From positions 5,464,871 through 5,528,870 of the forward strand of contig NC_134025.1 in assembly GCF_964204645.1 (NCBI RefSeq): 64,000 bases of DNA. The letters run 5' to 3'. The position numbers were made by a program, and so were the translations under genes. The notes below the pieces were generated by a model. It saw only the letters and a list, made by a program, of their open reading frames with translations, had not been told where the DNA came from and searched no databases. Below are positions 61,821-64,000 of the stretch, one piece after another; position 1 is the stretch's first letter; each line of letters opens with the position of its first letter. This DNA is from Tubulanus polymorphus. Its lineage: Eukaryota; Animalia; Nemertea.

Positions 61821-64000
61821 CTGGATTCCTGGTGAAGTTAGTTTTCTCTCAATTACGTTTTCCGTTAATACTGGTATATCCGAAACGAATGTAATTAGAA
61901 TTTAAAGTCAACATTACAATTATGATAGAAATTCGGTATCATATGCATATATTTTATTTCGATCAATCAAATCTTTCCATGTAAGAACGAATTCCCAGAT
62001 GCAAGGCTGGTAATATTTGCATTTTGAAAATAAAGAATATATATGCAGCAAAAATAACATAGAAAATTTGATATTAGAAAATCGGGCAAGCACGTATCGA
62101 ATCCAGAGACCCGCAGCACCGAGTGACTCGAAATAAACTGATCGGCTCCAAATCGGTCTAAATTTGCCAACAAAAAATTCAAACAATCTTTACAGCTCTT
62201 ACTTTACATATGAAATGATTAAAGTCAATTTTAGGACTGATAATCAGTCTGGTCTCTGAGGTCGTTTCTGAATCTAAGCCTTATGTTTTCTAACTAAAAA
62301 TAAAACTTCTTAAAATTCTTAAATTCATCCATATTAATTGCGACGAATTGCCACCAGTGAAAATGAAATATACATGAGAAATTTCTATTCTTTATTGCTT
62401 TTGTTAATTATATTTATATATGATGAATATAGAGTAACTCGTACTTAACGTAAGATAAACTAAGCAGCTACATCGTTTCTATATATGTATATTATATCTT
62501 CTTAGCCGCGGAAATCAGTTGTATATGCAGGAATGTCTTTAGGCGAGAAATATGAAACGTTGGATAATTTCTAAAAATCAGATCGAAACATAAAATATTG
62601 TAGATTTCTTGGGCCAACTATTAAACATAAGAATTCTTGCAAGGGTCCGTAGTTACTTCACAACAATAACGACTGCCTACGTGTACGTATATGAGGTTCA
62701 TTTATCTAGATTCGGTTACAATTTGGGCATTCGGGAAAATTCAAATTATATACGAACAATTTTTAGATCAATCTAATATGAAATCTAGATACAAAAAATC
62801 TAAATCACGTATAAAACTCGTTACTCGTAGGTGCGAATATGGCGGAATATCTACGGATTTCCATTTTGGGAAATTGTTTTTTTTTTAGATTTCTACGCAA
62901 AATTGTTGCTATAAAAACTAATTGTTAATTGTTAAAAACCTTACCGGACAACAAACATTGAATGTAATAAAGATTGTTTCGTTCTGAAGTAAGATATATT
63001 TGTTTTTTCATCGAATGAACGATGTTGTTACGGAGTCCTTGGGGCAGATTTTATTGACGATCATAAACTTTTAACTCTAGGGTTAAATGATTTATCGGTC
63101 TTATTCCCTCCTCCGGGTTAAAGTTTAAACTGGTCTCTAAAACTGGTTCCTGGAGCTTTGAAACTGGAAGCAAGCAGGTAAATTGCAGTCATCCCAGCGG
63201 CGTTCAAAGTACGGTACTAAGCGCTCACACGATTATTCGAGGCCTATTCAGTACCGTACCGGCTGATCGGCACTTCTGAGCTGTAGCTAGATGTTTAATC
63301 CAAATACAATGATTCTATCCTCTTAATTAAAGAATGCTAGAAAAAAAAAACAAATAAAAGGACTATTTTCAATAAGAGATCAACTTTATTTAAAATATAA
63401 CATAGGATTTTCTCTCATATTCTGTTATAGAAACCCTACAATATTTACAACTTATTTTAGGTTAAACATCTGAATATATACTTTAAATATATATAAATTT
63501 ACGGAAAAAAGAAAAAGAATCAACAATCAAATAACAATTGGACGGATATACGATCACATTTTCAATTGGAAATTGTAGGAATATGATAATTTTTGATTTT
63601 CTTGACAACAATTGTGTAAAGATCAAATATGGTAGTTTCGTTCTTCGGCGACAAAGGAATGTTTTCTTGGTTAAACTCGTAGAACTTGACCAAATAAATG
63701 AACCAATATCACAGACAGTTTTTAATCAAATACCCCGTAAAATAACTCGCGCCAACGAAGGTATAAATCTCTTTTATTAAACTATGTATTGATGTGATAA
63801 ACATTAAATTTGTCTCTAACTAGAAAAAGATCATCAAACGCCTGTGCCATGTTCAAACAAGACTTTAATGGCTTAATATACACACAAACATGACGACAGT
63901 CAATCACGGCATCACTTCAGGCTGTTTACGTATAAAAATGAAGGTTCGTTTTCCACACCGCGGTTTGCAAATCGGAATCAAATTTCCTCCGTACAGATAC

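Overview
The base composition, spliceosomal introns with GT/AG boundaries, TATA/CCAAT-type promoters and microsatellites say this is an AT-rich eukaryotic (metazoan) segment, not a prokaryotic one. Gene density is low, and I can support four protein-coding genes by reading the sequence. (1) 27064-28461 (-) is a FoxA / fork head / HNF3-class forkhead factor in one large coding exon, carrying polyQ, His-rich and (Met-Asp-Arg)x4 coding repeats; it sits in a roughly 45 kb gene-poor block that contains GC-richer islands and palindromic sites I read as candidate cis-regulatory DNA. (2) 45878-51055 (+) is a five-exon NR1-subfamily nuclear receptor (E75 / Rev-erb / PPAR-like), with candidate alternative 5' exons and promoters near 41.1 kb and 43.6 kb. 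(3) A CNPase-like 2H-phosphoesterase gene lies on the minus strand (3' coding exons 54221-55230; upstream exons not resolved). (4) 57583-61820 (+) is a six-exon TMEM26-like multi-pass membrane protein that appears to use one GC-AG intron. Splice sites were placed by phase-consistent reading and by alignment to family motifs recalled from memory; no database search was possible. The ORF track uses alternative start codons (TTG/GTG are shown as M), so the 'M' at ORF starts such as FoxA and TMEM26 exon 3 is not ATG. I found no rRNA or tRNA gene, no CRISPR array and no clear autonomous transposon. The hunt findings include a recurrent CCATGGACTC palindromic motif family and a repeat-like element that clusters AGGTCA nuclear-receptor half-sites (including a DR5).
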